Source of the DNA: Candidatus Eiseniibacteriota bacterium
GTDB taxonomy: Bacteria > Eisenbacteria > RBG-16-71-46
Length of the DNA stretch: 64,000 nt
Reading direction: 5' to 3'
Assembly (NCBI GenBank): GCA_963744995.1
Contig: CAVUWA010000002.1
Location: 320,001 to 384,000 of the forward strand
Part shown: piece after piece, positions 30,814 through 40,922 of the stretch
How positions within the stretch are numbered: position 1 is the first letter of the stretch
Layout: every line of letters begins with the position of its first letter
Translations under genes and position numbers: made by a program
Notes under the pieces: model-generated
What the model saw: only the letters and a program-made list of their open reading frames with translations
Database searches by the model: none
Told to the model about the DNA's origin: nothing

Positions 30814-31085
30814 CCGGCGCGTCGCCGGGATGGACGCGGGGCGCAGCGGGCGTCCGCGCCGGCGCCTCACGCCGGCCGCAGCCAGCTGCGGCGCAGGGGC
30901 GCTCTCGCCCACATCTGCTTGGAGGAGAACGGGTTGCGGGCCCGGGTCCGGCGTCCCGCAGCGGCCGTCGCGGGGAGTTCCGCGGCCCCCGCGCGGGCTT
31001 CATTCCCGCTGATCTCCTGCCGATAACCCCTGAGTCGCCCGGCGGTGGACCGACACGCACGGTCCGGCGCCCAGTCCTGGCCATC

Positions 31086-31598
31086 ATGCGTCCATGCGCC
31101 GGCAGCCCGTTCCGGCAGGAGATTCCATTGCTACCCGAACCGACGTCGCCCCCGCCGCCGATTCGTGACCTCATGCACGCCCTCGAGCTGCTCTCGGAAC
31201 GGGTCGCCCTCCCGGGGCCGGTCGGACTCGAACCGGTGGACGTGCTGAACCTGCGCCATCTGCTCGACGATCTCGAAAGGCACATTCCGGGCCTCGAGCC
31301 GCCCCCCGATCCGGCCGCCGCGCACGCGCTCGGACGCGCCGCCGAGGTGGCCATGCGCCGCGGCGACGAACGCGAGGCGCTGGCTCGTGCGCTGCGCGGG
31401 CTGTCGTTCAGCCCGCATCATCCGGGCTTGTTCTACCTCGCGGCGTCCGCGTGCTTCGAGATCGGCGCGCTCGAGGGGGCGATGCGGCTGCTCTACCACA
31501 CGTTGTGGATCCACCCGGGACACCCCTCCGCCCGCGCGGATCTCGAGGCGCTCACGACGTTTCTCGGCGAGCAGGATCTGGAGGATCGCGCTGCGTGA
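31086..31598 (+). CDS. Hypothetical TPR-like protein
   Basis: Helical repeat pattern (EALARALRGLSFSPHHPGLFYLAA...AMRLLYHTLWIHPGHPSA). The stop overlaps the next GTG. Confidence 0.55.
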   Translation: MRPCAGSPFRQEIPLLPEPTSPPPPIRDLMHALELLSERVALPGPVGLEPVDVLNLRHLLDDLERHIPGLEPPPDPAAAHALGRAAEVAMRRGDEREALARALRGLSFSPHHPGLFYLAASACFEIGALEGAMRLLYHTLWIHPGHPSARADLEALTTFLGEQDLEDRAA

Positions 31599-32851
31599 AG
31601 GTCCTGATGCTCGTGGATGCGCTGCACGCGTCCGCGATGCAGGAGTCCGCGCGCTGGCTGCATGACGTGGCTTCGCGCCGCGCGGCCGCGGGGCACGATA
31701 TCCTGATGATCGAAGTCGGCGGGGCGGGCATCGCACCCGCGCCGCCCGACGAGGATCCTCCCGGGGTACGCGTGCTGCGGCCGGCCATCGACGCGTTCGA
31801 AGCCGCCTTTGGCGAAGCGCTGGACGAGGAGCCCGACGTCGTGCACGTGGCGACGGCCGGGCCGCTCGGCGCGCGTGTGGTCGAGATCCTGCGCGAGCTG
31901 CCGGTGCTGGTCGATGTGCACGACTTCTGGCCGATCTGTCCACGCAGCGACCTGCTGCGCTCGCCGCGGCTGCGGTCGTGTGGCGAACACTTTCCCTATG
32001 CCGGCTGCACCGGCTGCGCGGGGCTCCAGCGCCTGCGGCTCATGGAAGAGCGGCTCGCCCTGGTCGCGACGGCGGTGACGATCGTCGCGCACTCGAGCTT
32101 TGCGCGCACGCGACTCAACGCGGGACTCAGGCGCCGGATCGAGGTGGTCCCTTACGGCGTGGACACCGAGCGCTTCGGCCTCGACGGGGAAGCCGCCCGC
32201 CCGCCCGCGGACGACGCCCCGCGGGAGGCGCTCGGCGCATGGGCTTCGCTCGAGGCGATGGCGACGAATCCGGGCGTGCCGCGCGTGCTGCTGCTCGGCG
32301 AGCCGGCGGTTTCGCGCGGCTCGCATCTGCTGCTCGACCTGTTCGTGGCGTTGCGTGCGCGCGTGCCCGAGGCCGAGCTGGTGATCGTGCACGGCGAGAC
32401 GTCGCGCGAGACGTGGGGGGCGGCGTTCTCGGCGGAGGCCCGGGGGATGGGCCTCGGCGACAAGGTGCGCATGCTGCCGGCACTGCCCAAACGCTGGCTG
32501 CCGGCGCTCTACCGCGCATGCGACATCGCGATCGCGCCGGCGGTCGGGCACGAGCCGGGCGGTCTCGCGCTGCTCGAGGCGATGGCCGCCATGGTGCCGC
32601 TCGTGGCGTCTCCGGTCGGCGCCGTGCAGGACCTGATCGTCGACGGGGAGGAGGGCCTGGTGGTGGATGCGCGCGACGTGGCGACGTTCGCCGACGCCCT
32701 GCAGCGGCTGCTCGTGGACCCCGGCGCGCGCGCGGCCATGGGCGAGGCGTCCCGGGTGCGGGTCCTCAGGGACTACGCCCTCGACCGCTCGATCGCCCGG
32801 CTGGAATCCTGCTACGACGGCATGCGGGATCGTCCGCGCCAGGCGGCCTGA
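31595..32851 (+). CDS. Glycosyltransferase family 4 (GT-B)
   Basis: PDVVHV, VHDFWPICP, VPYGVD..RF, and the EX7E motif 'EPGGLALLEAMA', followed by ..SPVG...DLIVDG..G. Confidence 0.88.
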   Translation: MKVLMLVDALHASAMQESARWLHDVASRRAAAGHDILMIEVGGAGIAPAPPDEDPPGVRVLRPAIDAFEAAFGEALDEEPDVVHVATAGPLGARVVEILRELPVLVDVHDFWPICPRSDLLRSPRLRSCGEHFPYAGCTGCAGLQRLRLMEERLALVATAVTIVAHSSFARTRLNAGLRRRIEVVPYGVDTERFGLDGEAARPPADDAPREALGAWASLEAMATNPGVPRVLLLGEPAVSRGSHLLLDLFVALRARVPEAELVIVHGETSRETWGAAFSAEARGMGLGDKVRMLPALPKRWLPALYRACDIAIAPAVGHEPGGLALLEAMAAMVPLVASPVGAVQDLIVDGEEGLVVDARDVATFADALQRLLVDPGARAAMGEASRVRVLRDYALDRSIARLESCYDGMRDRPRQAA

Positions 32852-33036
32852 AAAGACGCCTGCAGCCGCAGCCCGGTCCGGCGCATCCAACGGAGTGAAG
32901 TCGCGTCGCCGCACCACGCCATCATGGCGGCCGCCGCGGCCGCTGCGGGCGCTGCGGGCGCCGCGCCGCACCTGCGGGTGCCATTCGCCGCCCCGCTTCG
33001 CGTATGCGACACTCGTTGCGCCTTCAAAGGAGACCC

Positions 33037-34122
33037 ATGAGCTGGTCCTGGTCCATCGGCCGAATGTTCGGCATCCACATCAAGATCCACTTCACGTTCC
33101 TGCTGTTCGTGGGCTGGATCGCGATGTCGCAGGGGCTGCTCACGGGCGACGCCCTGCAGGCGGGTCTGTCGGTGACGCTGATGCTCCTCGTCTTCGGCTG
33201 CGTGCTGTTGCACGAGCTCGGCCACGCGCTCACGGCGCGGCGCTACGGCGTCCAGACCCGTGACATCATTCTGCTGCCGATCGGCGGCGTCGCGCGCCTC
33301 GAACGCATGCCCGAGAAGCCGTCGCAGGAGATGCTCGTCGCGATCGCCGGCCCGGCCGTGAACGTGGTCATCGCGCTCCTGCTGGCGGGCGTGATGGCGG
33401 CGCTCCACTTCTCGATGGACCGCCTCTCGTTCACCGGCAGTCTGCTGGAGGCGCTGCTCTACGTGAACGTCGTCATCGTGGCGTTCAACATGCTGCCGGC
33501 GTTCCCGATGGACGGCGGGCGCGTCCTGCGCGCGCTGCTGGCGATCCGGCTGCCGTTCGTGCGCGCCACGCGCATCGCCTCCTACGTCGGACAGGGCGTC
33601 GCCGTGCTGTTCGGCATCGCCGGGATCATGATGAACCATCCGATGCTGCTGTTCGTCGCGCTGTTCGTGTTCATGGCCGCCTATGAGGAGCGCGCGATGG
33701 TGCGCAGCCGCTCCGTGATGACCGGGCTGCCCGTGAGTGCGGCGATGCTCACCGACTTCCAGGTCGTGGACGCGGACGCGACGCTGCAGTCCGCCATGGA
33801 CCTGCTGATGTCGGGCAGTCAGAGCGACTTTCCGGTGGTGCACGACGACCGCCCGGTCGGCGTGCTCACCCGCAGCGAGCTGCTCGCCGGACTCAAGCAG
33901 GCGGGACCCGACGCCCGCGTGGGCGAAGTCATGACGCCGGATCAATCCTACGTGGATCCGGGCGAGCCGCTGCAGGCCGTGGTGCAGCGGATGCAGGCGG
34001 GCCGGCGCACGGCGCTGCCGGTGATGAACCAGGGCCGGCTGGTGGGACTGGTGACGGTCGAGAACGTCAGCGAGCTGCTCATGGCGCGCGACGCGCTACG
34101 GCGTTTTCAGGGAGCCTCCTGA
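33037..34122 (+). CDS. Site-2 protease (M50) with two CBS domains
   Basis: HELGH zinc motif, AGPAVN and FNMLPAFPMDGGR, with a C-terminal CBS pair. Confidence 0.93.
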   Translation: MSWSWSIGRMFGIHIKIHFTFLLFVGWIAMSQGLLTGDALQAGLSVTLMLLVFGCVLLHELGHALTARRYGVQTRDIILLPIGGVARLERMPEKPSQEMLVAIAGPAVNVVIALLLAGVMAALHFSMDRLSFTGSLLEALLYVNVVIVAFNMLPAFPMDGGRVLRALLAIRLPFVRATRIASYVGQGVAVLFGIAGIMMNHPMLLFVALFVFMAAYEERAMVRSRSVMTGLPVSAAMLTDFQVVDADATLQSAMDLLMSGSQSDFPVVHDDRPVGVLTRSELLAGLKQAGPDARVGEVMTPDQSYVDPGEPLQAVVQRMQAGRRTALPVMNQGRLVGLVTVENVSELLMARDALRRFQGAS

Positions 34123-34125
34123 GCG

Positions 34126-34956
34126 GTGGCTGCGCGGCGTGTCCCGATCGCGGGCCTCATGGTCGTGACGCTCGCCGTCGCCGGCATGGTGATCGCGACG
34201 CAGAGCATGCGCGGGGTGCAGTGGCGCACCCTCAAGCCCGGTCTCGAATTCGCCACGATCCGCGGTGAGCCCTACTGCCGGCGCGGTTCCTCGGCGATCG
34301 CGGTGCTGCGGGTGGACCCGCGGCGGTTCCGCCTGCGCGTCCGCCACTACTCGACCGAGTCGGAACAGAAACCACTCGACGTGCTCGAGTGGCAGAAGCG
34401 GAGCGGTGCGCTCGCGGTCTTCAACGCGGGTCAGTACTACCCGGATTTGTCCTACATGGGGCTGCTGGTGAGCGACGGTCACGTGATCTCCTCACGCCGC
34501 CATCCGGCCTACCAGGCGGCGCTGGTCGCGGAGCCGGCGGACGGCAGCGCCCAGGCGCGGGTCCTCGACCTCACCGACGAACGCATCGACCCTTCGCAGC
34601 CGGGATGGCGGGAGGTGGCGCAGTCGTTCATGCTCTTCGATCGCAAGGGAACGCTGCGCGTCCGCAAGACCGACCGCATCGCGAACCGCACGATCGTCGG
34701 CGAGGATCAGCACGGGCGCGTGATCGTCGCCACCACCGAGGGCGGCTACAAGCTGTGGGAACTCGCGCATCTGCTGCGCTCGAGCCCGCTCGGCATGGAC
34801 CACGCGATGTGCATGGACGGCGGCGCCGAAGCCAAGCTGTGCGTGCACGCCGGCCGCTTCAGCTATGCGAGCTTCGGCCCGTGGAACGGCGAGGACCGCG
34901 CCGCGACGGGATCCGACGTGCCGCTGCCCGCCGTGATCACGGTGAGCGCACGTTGA
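34126..34956 (+). CDS. Phosphodiester glycosidase (NAGPA-like) family protein
   Basis: N-terminal hydrophobic segment, then LRVDP, FNAGQY, NRTIVG and AMCMDGG. Confidence 0.7.
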   Translation: MAARRVPIAGLMVVTLAVAGMVIATQSMRGVQWRTLKPGLEFATIRGEPYCRRGSSAIAVLRVDPRRFRLRVRHYSTESEQKPLDVLEWQKRSGALAVFNAGQYYPDLSYMGLLVSDGHVISSRRHPAYQAALVAEPADGSAQARVLDLTDERIDPSQPGWREVAQSFMLFDRKGTLRVRKTDRIANRTIVGEDQHGRVIVATTEGGYKLWELAHLLRSSPLGMDHAMCMDGGAEAKLCVHAGRFSYASFGPWNGEDRAATGSDVPLPAVITVSAR

Positions 34957-35507
34957 GCCGGCGCCCGGCGGGCCCCGCGTTCCCGTGCGCGCGTTGCGGG
35001 ACGCCGATCCGCCGCACCCCGCGGCGGATCGGCGGCCACGAGCTGCTCACGCTGTCGTGCCCGCGCTGCCGCTACATGATGTACGACTACCCGCGGCCCT
35101 GTGCCGGGATGATCGTGCTGCGCGGGGGCGATACGCTCGTCCTGCGCCGCGGACACGCGCCCCGGCGCGGCATGCTGGACATCCCGGGCGGGTTCATCGA
35201 CGCGGGGGAGGACATCGAAGCCGCCGCACGACGCGAACTGCTGGAGGAGACGGGGCTCCGGGCGCGGGCGGTGCGCGGGTTCGGCTTCTGGTGGGACCGA
35301 TACTATCTGCGCGGCTTCGGATATTTTCCGACGATGAATTTCTATTTCATCACCCGCTCGGCCGCAGGCACGCCGATCGCGGGCGACGATGCGGCCTCGT
35401 GCGAGTGGGTGCCGCTCGCGAAGCTCGGCAGGCAGAGCCATCGCTTCGCGTGGGCGCACATGCACGAAGTCGTGAAGAAGCTCCGTCGCGAGGTGCGGGG
35501 ATCATGA
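34953..35507 (+). CDS. NUDIX hydrolase with N-terminal zinc ribbon
   Basis: CARCG...CPRC, then the Nudix box PGGFIDAGEDIEAAARRELLEETGL and AGDDA. Confidence 0.88.
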   Translation: MSRRPAGPAFPCARCGTPIRRTPRRIGGHELLTLSCPRCRYMMYDYPRPCAGMIVLRGGDTLVLRRGHAPRRGMLDIPGGFIDAGEDIEAAARRELLEETGLRARAVRGFGFWWDRYYLRGFGYFPTMNFYFITRSAAGTPIAGDDAASCEWVPLAKLGRQSHRFAWAHMHEVVKKLRREVRGS

Positions 35508-35980
35508 ACGCGCACGGGACAGCGACGGTGGAAGGCATCTGGACGGCGGACACCTCGGGCGCGGAGCCGGCGCCCGTTGCGGAAGCGCGGCTGGAGGCGG
35601 GGCGGGGCATCGCGGGGGACCGCTATCACGCGGGGACCGGAACGTTCTCGCCGACGCCGATGGATCCCGATCACCAGCTCACGCTGATCGCAGCGGAGGA
35701 GATCGAGGCCTTCAACGCGGCGACGGGGCAGACGCTCGGCCACGGCGCGTTCCGCCGCAACGTGGTGACGCGCGGCCTGGACCTGAACGCCCTGGTGGGC
35801 GTGCGCTTCCGGATCGGCAGTGCGGAGGTACGGGGCGTGCGTCTGTGCGAACCGTGCGCGCACCTGGCGTCGCTGCTCGGTGGCGACGTGCTGAAGCGGA
35901 TGGTGCATCGCGCGGGGCTGCGGGCCGAGATCGTCGGTTCCGGGACGGTGCGGGCGGGGGATCGGGTCGAGGCGCCGTAG
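35504..35980 (+). CDS. MOSC-domain protein
   Basis: GIAGDRY, RRNVVTRG.DLNALVG..FRIG, LCEPC and GLRAEIV..GTVRAGD. Confidence 0.88.
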   Translation: MNAHGTATVEGIWTADTSGAEPAPVAEARLEAGRGIAGDRYHAGTGTFSPTPMDPDHQLTLIAAEEIEAFNAATGQTLGHGAFRRNVVTRGLDLNALVGVRFRIGSAEVRGVRLCEPCAHLASLLGGDVLKRMVHRAGLRAEIVGSGTVRAGDRVEAP

Positions 35981-36260
35981 GGAGTCGCCGTGTCATCCCG
36001 GACAGGCGCCGGCCGGCCCCGCCGGGAGTCGGCTGTGGGGCTCCATTTCGCGGCTTCGCCGGCCGCTTGCGAAGGTGTATTCTCACCCGGTTCGCGGGGC
36101 GTCGGACCGGGCGGATTCGTGCGCCGGTGGGCCCCGCGATTCGGGTTTTGAAGGTCGTCCGCCTTCGGGCCGGACGCACGGCAGTCACTCACGATTGCCG
36201 GGAGATGCGGGTCCTGCGAGCCCCGACTTGCCGGCTTGATTTCCGCAAGGAGGGCTTCAG

Positions 36261-37775
36261 ATGCCAGCCCCGCGCAACGCGCAGACCTCGACCGTGGTGA
36301 ACGGTTCTTCCACCGCCGGCGCCGCCGTGCGCACCGTCCAGAACTACATCGGCGGGCGCTGGGTCGACTCGGCCGCGACCGAATTCGGCGAAGTCATGAA
36401 TCCCGCCACCGACCAGCTGCTGGCCCGCGTGCCGATGGGCGGCGCGGCCGACGTCGAGGCAGCGGTCAAAGCCGCCGCGAAGGCCTACGAGACGTGGCGT
36501 TCCACGCCGCCGGTCGAGCGCGTGAAGCCGCTGTTCGAACTCAAGAATCTGATGGAGAAGCACTTCGACGACGTCGCCCGCACGATCACGCGCGAGCACG
36601 GCAAGACGCTGGACGAGTCGCGCGGCAGCGTGCGGCGCGCGATCGACAACGTCGATCTCGCGCTCGGCGCGCCGACGCGCCTGATGGGCGATTCGCTCGA
36701 GGACGTCGCCTCCGGCATCGACTGCCACACGGTGCGCCAGCCGCTCGGCGTATTCGCGGCGATCACGCCGTTCAATTTCCCGGCGATGGTGCCGCTGTGG
36801 TTCCTGCCGCACGCCGTGGCATGCGGCAACACGTTCATCGCCAAGCCGAGCGAGCGCGTGCCGCTCTCGCAGGTGCGGATCTTCGAGCTGATCCACGACG
36901 CGGGCTTCCCGGAGGGCGTCGTCAACATGGTGAACGGCGCCAGGGATGTGGTGGACGCGATCCTCGACCATCCCGGCATCGCCGGCGTGTCGTTCGTCGG
37001 CTCGTCGCCGGTCGCCCACTACGTCTACAAGCGCGCCGCCGAGAAGGGCAAACGCGTCCAGGCGCTGGGCGGCGCGAAGAACTTCGTCGTCGTCATGCCC
37101 GACGCCAACATGGACCGTGCGGCGTCGATTTCGACCGAGTCCTGCTTCGGCTGCGCCGGCGAGCGCTGCCTCGCGAACAGCATCGTGCTCGCCGTCGGCG
37201 ACGCCTACGGGCAGATCCGTGACCGGCTCGTGGACCAGGCGAAGCGGCTCAAGGTCGGCAACGGCGAGGAGCCGGGCGTGACGATGGGTCCGGTCATCAC
37301 GAAGCAGCATCGCGAGAAGGTGCTCGGCTACATCGAGCAGGGCATCAAGGAGGGCGCCAAGCTGCTGCTCGACGGCCGCGGGTTCAAGGACCCGAAGCAC
37401 CCCGACGGTTACTTCCTCGGGCCCACGGTGTTCGACGAGGTGACGCCCGACATGGTGATCGGCCGCGAAGAGATCTTCGGCCCCGTGCTGGCGATCATGC
37501 GTGCGAAAACCTTCGACGAGGCCGTCGAGATGGTGAAGAAGCACGAGCTCGGCAACGCGACGAGCATCTTCACCAGCAGCGGCAAGTATGCGCGCGAATA
37601 CCGCTACCGCGTCGAGCCGAGCATGCTCGGCGTGAACATCGGCGTGGCGGCGCCCATGGCCTACTTCCCGTTCGGCGGCGCGAAGGGGTCGTTCTACGGC
37701 GATCTCAAGGCGCACGGCCGCGACTCGGTCGAGTTCTACACGGACAAGAAGGTCGTGATCAGCCGCTGGTTCTAG
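36261..37775 (+). CDS. mmsA: CoA-acylating (methyl)malonate-semialdehyde dehydrogenase
   Basis: ITPFNFPAMVPLW, KPSERVP, SFVGSS, GKRVQALGGAKN, FGCAGERCLA, EEIFGP and GVNIGVAAPMAYFPFGG.K.SF.GD. Confidence 0.88.
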   Translation: MPAPRNAQTSTVVNGSSTAGAAVRTVQNYIGGRWVDSAATEFGEVMNPATDQLLARVPMGGAADVEAAVKAAAKAYETWRSTPPVERVKPLFELKNLMEKHFDDVARTITREHGKTLDESRGSVRRAIDNVDLALGAPTRLMGDSLEDVASGIDCHTVRQPLGVFAAITPFNFPAMVPLWFLPHAVACGNTFIAKPSERVPLSQVRIFELIHDAGFPEGVVNMVNGARDVVDAILDHPGIAGVSFVGSSPVAHYVYKRAAEKGKRVQALGGAKNFVVVMPDANMDRAASISTESCFGCAGERCLANSIVLAVGDAYGQIRDRLVDQAKRLKVGNGEEPGVTMGPVITKQHREKVLGYIEQGIKEGAKLLLDGRGFKDPKHPDGYFLGPTVFDEVTPDMVIGREEIFGPVLAIMRAKTFDEAVEMVKKHELGNATSIFTSSGKYAREYRYRVEPSMLGVNIGVAAPMAYFPFGGAKGSFYGDLKAHGRDSVEFYTDKKVVISRWF

Positions 37776-37869
37776 GCGGCGACGTCCTCCGCCGCGCGGC
37801 GCCCCGCCGCGCGGCCGGAGGGCCGCCCCGGCACGGCGCCGGCACGCAGCGGCGACGCCACGCCGGCTC

Positions 37870-39048
37870 TTACCCCACGACGAGCAGGCCCACCTCGCCA
37901 CCGAAGTCGTCTTCGGCCTTCGGCAGACCGGGCGGTGCGCGCCATGCGCCGCCGTCGACCCGAATCGCGATGCGGTGGAGTCCCGGCGAGAGCGGCAGGA
38001 CCACCTCCCAGCGGTTCCAGCCGGCCGCCACCGCGCTCACCGGCGTCCAGCCGTTCGCGTCGCACGACACGTCCAGGGACCTGGCCTCGAGCGTGAACAC
38101 CACGCGCGCCGCCGCGGCGCCCACGCGTTCGACCGTGATCGCGGGGGGCGTGCGCCTCGGCGCCTGCGCGTCCGGTTCGCGGCGCCGGCCCGGCGCGATC
38201 TGGATGCCGACAGCGGCCCGGTTGCCCTGCACCGATTCCAGCGCGCCGGCGACGTGAGCGGTGGTCCTGACGCCCGCGAACAGGGCCACGCCGGGAGTGG
38301 CCCAGAACGCGGCCCTGAGCTCGGCCCAGCGCCCGAGCGGCGGGTGAGGTCCGCGGGCGACGCCCGCACGACCGTCGACGTCGAAGCGCGCACCCGTCCA
38401 GCCGAGCCCCACCTCGAGGCCGGTGAGCAGGCGGATGTCGTCGGAGGGATACGACGGGCCCGGGAAGCGCACCACGCCCGCCGAGTCGGCCGGTCCCTCC
38501 GCCTGCTGCGGCGCCGGGCCGCGCACGTGGATCGCGCGCAGCAGCTGGACCACCTGCGTCGTGAGCGTCAGCGGGCCGCGCCGCATCCAGAAGCCGCCGC
38601 CCGCGAGCGGCAGGCGCGCCGGCTCGTTGCCCGTCATGAGACCGCCGGTCGCGAGCCACGCTCCGGCATGCTCGCCCGAGTAGTGCAGCCGCAGCGACAT
38701 CGCGCCCGAGGACGAGGCGCTCCACGCCCCGGCACCTGCGCCGCGGAGTCCCAACTCCAGTCGTGCGCCCGGAGGCGCAGCCCGTGGGGCGAGGCCGGCG
38801 CGCGCCGCGGCATCCGCAGGGCCCTGCCGCGCGCCGAGCCCGAACGAAGCGGTCCCCGCGACGCCGTAGCCGAGGCGCGTTCCGTCGAACCACAGCGCCG
38901 GCGCGAAGCCGGTGGCCGGAGCGCCCGCGGGCCACGCATTCATCCAGCTGCGTTCGAGCGGCGCCGGGAACGGCTGCGCAGCGGCGGAGCGTGCGCCGGG
39001 CGCCAGCAGCAGCAGCGACATGAGCAGGGGGGCGGCACGGCTTTTCAT
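37870..39048 (-). CDS. Exported protein with beta-strand-rich body and C-terminal glycogen-binding (CBM48/AMPK-like) domain
   Basis: Signal peptide MKSRAAPLLMSLLLLAPGARSAAA and alternating beta-strand patterns. C-terminus: D.NGWTP....WEVVLPLSPGLHRIAIRVDGGAW..PPG....DDFGGEVG. Confidence 0.68.
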   Translation of the reverse strand: MKSRAAPLLMSLLLLAPGARSAAAQPFPAPLERSWMNAWPAGAPATGFAPALWFDGTRLGYGVAGTASFGLGARQGPADAAARAGLAPRAAPPGARLELGLRGAGAGAWSASSSGAMSLRLHYSGEHAGAWLATGGLMTGNEPARLPLAGGGFWMRRGPLTLTTQVVQLLRAIHVRGPAPQQAEGPADSAGVVRFPGPSYPSDDIRLLTGLEVGLGWTGARFDVDGRAGVARGPHPPLGRWAELRAAFWATPGVALFAGVRTTAHVAGALESVQGNRAAVGIQIAPGRRREPDAQAPRRTPPAITVERVGAAAARVVFTLEARSLDVSCDANGWTPVSAVAAGWNRWEVVLPLSPGLHRIAIRVDGGAWRAPPGLPKAEDDFGGEVGLLVVG

Positions 39049-39698
39049 GGGCCCGGGCCTCGTTTCGTCCTTCGGGATTCGACCGGTCCGTCGAACGTTC
39101 TCACCAGCCGGCGCATGCACGCAACCGTCGCGCCATCCGGTGCGATGCCGGAGCGAATGTCGAGGTCGATGCGTTCGCGCAGCCGCATCAGCTCGTCGTC
39201 GCTCACGCCCGCGCGCAACGCGGTCAACACGGCGGCGCTCGCGGTCCCGACCGGAACGCGCCGGCTCAGGAGGTCCGCGAGCACGACCAGAGGAACGACC
39301 AGCGGGCGCGCGCCGGCCGCCGGTCGCAGCCCGGCCAGGGAGTCGGCGGAAACGCCGGCGGAGAGTGCGACCGACGCGGCGACCAGTTCCGACGGTGTGG
39401 ACCCCCCGCCCAGCAGTTCCCGTGACCGTCTCATGTCGGCGGCGAGCCGGCGGACCGCCGCGACCACGCGCGGCCCCGGCGCGCCGCGGCTCGCCCCTTC
39501 GAGCGCGCGGGCGATCAGGGGTTCCACGGGCAGGTGGTCGAGCCGTGCCGCCTCGACGATTTCGTCGACTGCCGCCGCGGTCGCCGGTTCCAGGCGGACG
39601 TCCCACGAGGTGTCGGCGGGCGCCGCGTGTGCGGATCCCGCAGCCAGCAGGATGACCAGGCACCCCGCGAGCGCCAGGCGCCGGCGCACGCCGGCCAT
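39045..39698 (-). CDS. Exported helical hypothetical protein
   Basis: Signal peptide ending AHA, then LPVEPLIARALEG..RG. Overlaps both neighbours. Confidence 0.6.
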   Translation of the reverse strand: MAGVRRRLALAGCLVILLAAGSAHAAPADTSWDVRLEPATAAAVDEIVEAARLDHLPVEPLIARALEGASRGAPGPRVVAAVRRLAADMRRSRELLGGGSTPSELVAASVALSAGVSADSLAGLRPAAGARPLVVPLVVLADLLSRRVPVGTASAAVLTALRAGVSDDELMRLRERIDLDIRSGIAPDGATVACMRRLVRTFDGPVESRRTKRGPGP

Positions 39699-40261
39699 CA
39701 AGCGCCTCCCTTCACCACCACGACCGAGCGCGACGGGCCGAGATCGTCGGCCGGTGTCAGGGGCGCGAGCGGATCGTTCATCCAGCGCGTCCCATCGACC
39801 ACGAATGCGTATGAATGCCAGCCCGCCGGGAGTGTCACGCTGACCGACCAGTAGCCCGCGACCGGACCCGGCGCGAGCGGCGTCGCGTTTCGATCCCAGC
39901 CGTTGAAGTCGCCGACGAGCGAGACGCGCGATGCCGCCGGATCGGCGAACACGAAGCGGACCGCGCGCGGATCGGACGCCACCACGGGCGTTGCGCCCGA
40001 CGGGGTGCGGGGCGTCAGCCGCCAGGCGGCCGCGGCGCCGAACGCGACCAGAACCAGCGCCGCCGCCGCCACCGCCAGCGGGCGCACGGTCACGGTGCGC
40101 GGCCGCAGCCACGAGAACGCGTCAGCACGTGGCTGCCGGCGTCGCTCGATCGCGGCCAGGATTCGCGCCGCTGCGCCCGGCGCGGGCGGCGGCGTCTCGT
40201 GGTAGGCGCGCCGCAGGCGTTCGGCGAACCCCGCGGCCTCGCGATCGTCGCGCTCACTCAC
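39698..40261 (-). CDS. Probable anti-sigma factor: single TM helix plus CBM48/isoamylase early-set domain
   Basis: Directly follows the ECF sigma gene. TM segment AVAAAALVLVAFGAAAAW, then VRFVF..P.A.RVSLVGDFNGW...W...LPAG.HSYAFVVDG..W..DP. Confidence 0.78.
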   Translation of the reverse strand: MSERDDREAAGFAERLRRAYHETPPPAPGAAARILAAIERRRQPRADAFSWLRPRTVTVRPLAVAAAALVLVAFGAAAAWRLTPRTPSGATPVVASDPRAVRFVFADPAASRVSLVGDFNGWDRNATPLAPGPVAGYWSVSVTLPAGWHSYAFVVDGTRWMNDPLAPLTPADDLGPSRSVVVVKGGA

Positions 40262-40799
40262 CGGAACGCTCCTCCAGCAGCGGGCGCACCGTGTCGCGCG
40301 CCCTCTTCACGCGCATCTTGAGCGCGGAGACGCTCGCACCGGTCACGCGCCTCATGTCCTCGTAGGTCATGTCCTCTCCGTATTTGAGCAGCAGCGCCTC
40401 GCGCAGCGTCGGCTCGAGCGCCTCGAGCGCGCCCTGCAGCGCGTCATCCGGCCCCGTGTCGTCCCGGGGCCCCGGGGCGGCGGCTTCCTCGACCAGCGCG
40501 CCGCCGACGAAGCGGCGCGCCTCGCGCGAGCGCCGGCGGGCATGGGAGCGGCACTGGTTCACCAGGATCCGGAACAGCCACGACTTGAACCGATCCCGCT
40601 CGCGATAACGCCGCAGCGCCGCGAACGCGTGCAGGAACGTCTCCTGGACGACATCCTCCGCATCCTCCGCGCGGCCCAGCATGCGGCGCGCGTAGCGGGC
40701 GCAGGCCGCATGGTGCCGCTCGACGAGTTCCGTGAACCCGCCGGCATCGCCCGCGACCGCGCGCATGACCAGCGCGGCATCCGAGATGTCGCTCTGCAA
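40254..40799 (-). CDS. ECF-subfamily RNA polymerase sigma factor
   Basis: SDAALV..AVAGD...F.ELVERH, DAEDVVQETFL, FKSWLFRILVNQC, and region 4 L....REALLLKY..DMTYEDM....G.SVSALKMRVKRAR. Start uncertain (TTG 40799 downstream of GGAGGG). Confidence 0.9.
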   Translation of the reverse strand: MQSDISDAALVMRAVAGDAGGFTELVERHHAACARYARRMLGRAEDAEDVVQETFLHAFAALRRYRERDRFKSWLFRILVNQCRSHARRRSREARRFVGGALVEEAAAPGPRDDTGPDDALQGALEALEPTLREALLLKYGEDMTYEDMRRVTGASVSALKMRVKRARDTVRPLLEERSGE

Positions 40800-40868
40800 G
40801 GCCGCTGTTCCGTCTCCCTCCGCCGGTCGGCCGCGCCCCGGGTCAGGTTCCGGCCGCGCCTTCTGTTC

Positions 40869-40898
40869 GTACAACGCGCGAACGCCGCCCGGGGTCAC
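40869..40898 (-). promoter_or_regulatory. Putative ECF-sigma promoter driving the sigma operon
   Basis: Minus strand reads GTGACC-N15-GCGTTGTAC, matching the divergent copy at 40923-40952. Confidence 0.65.
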
Positions 40899-40922
40899 AT
40901 CGGCAGGAAAATTTCGCGCGAC

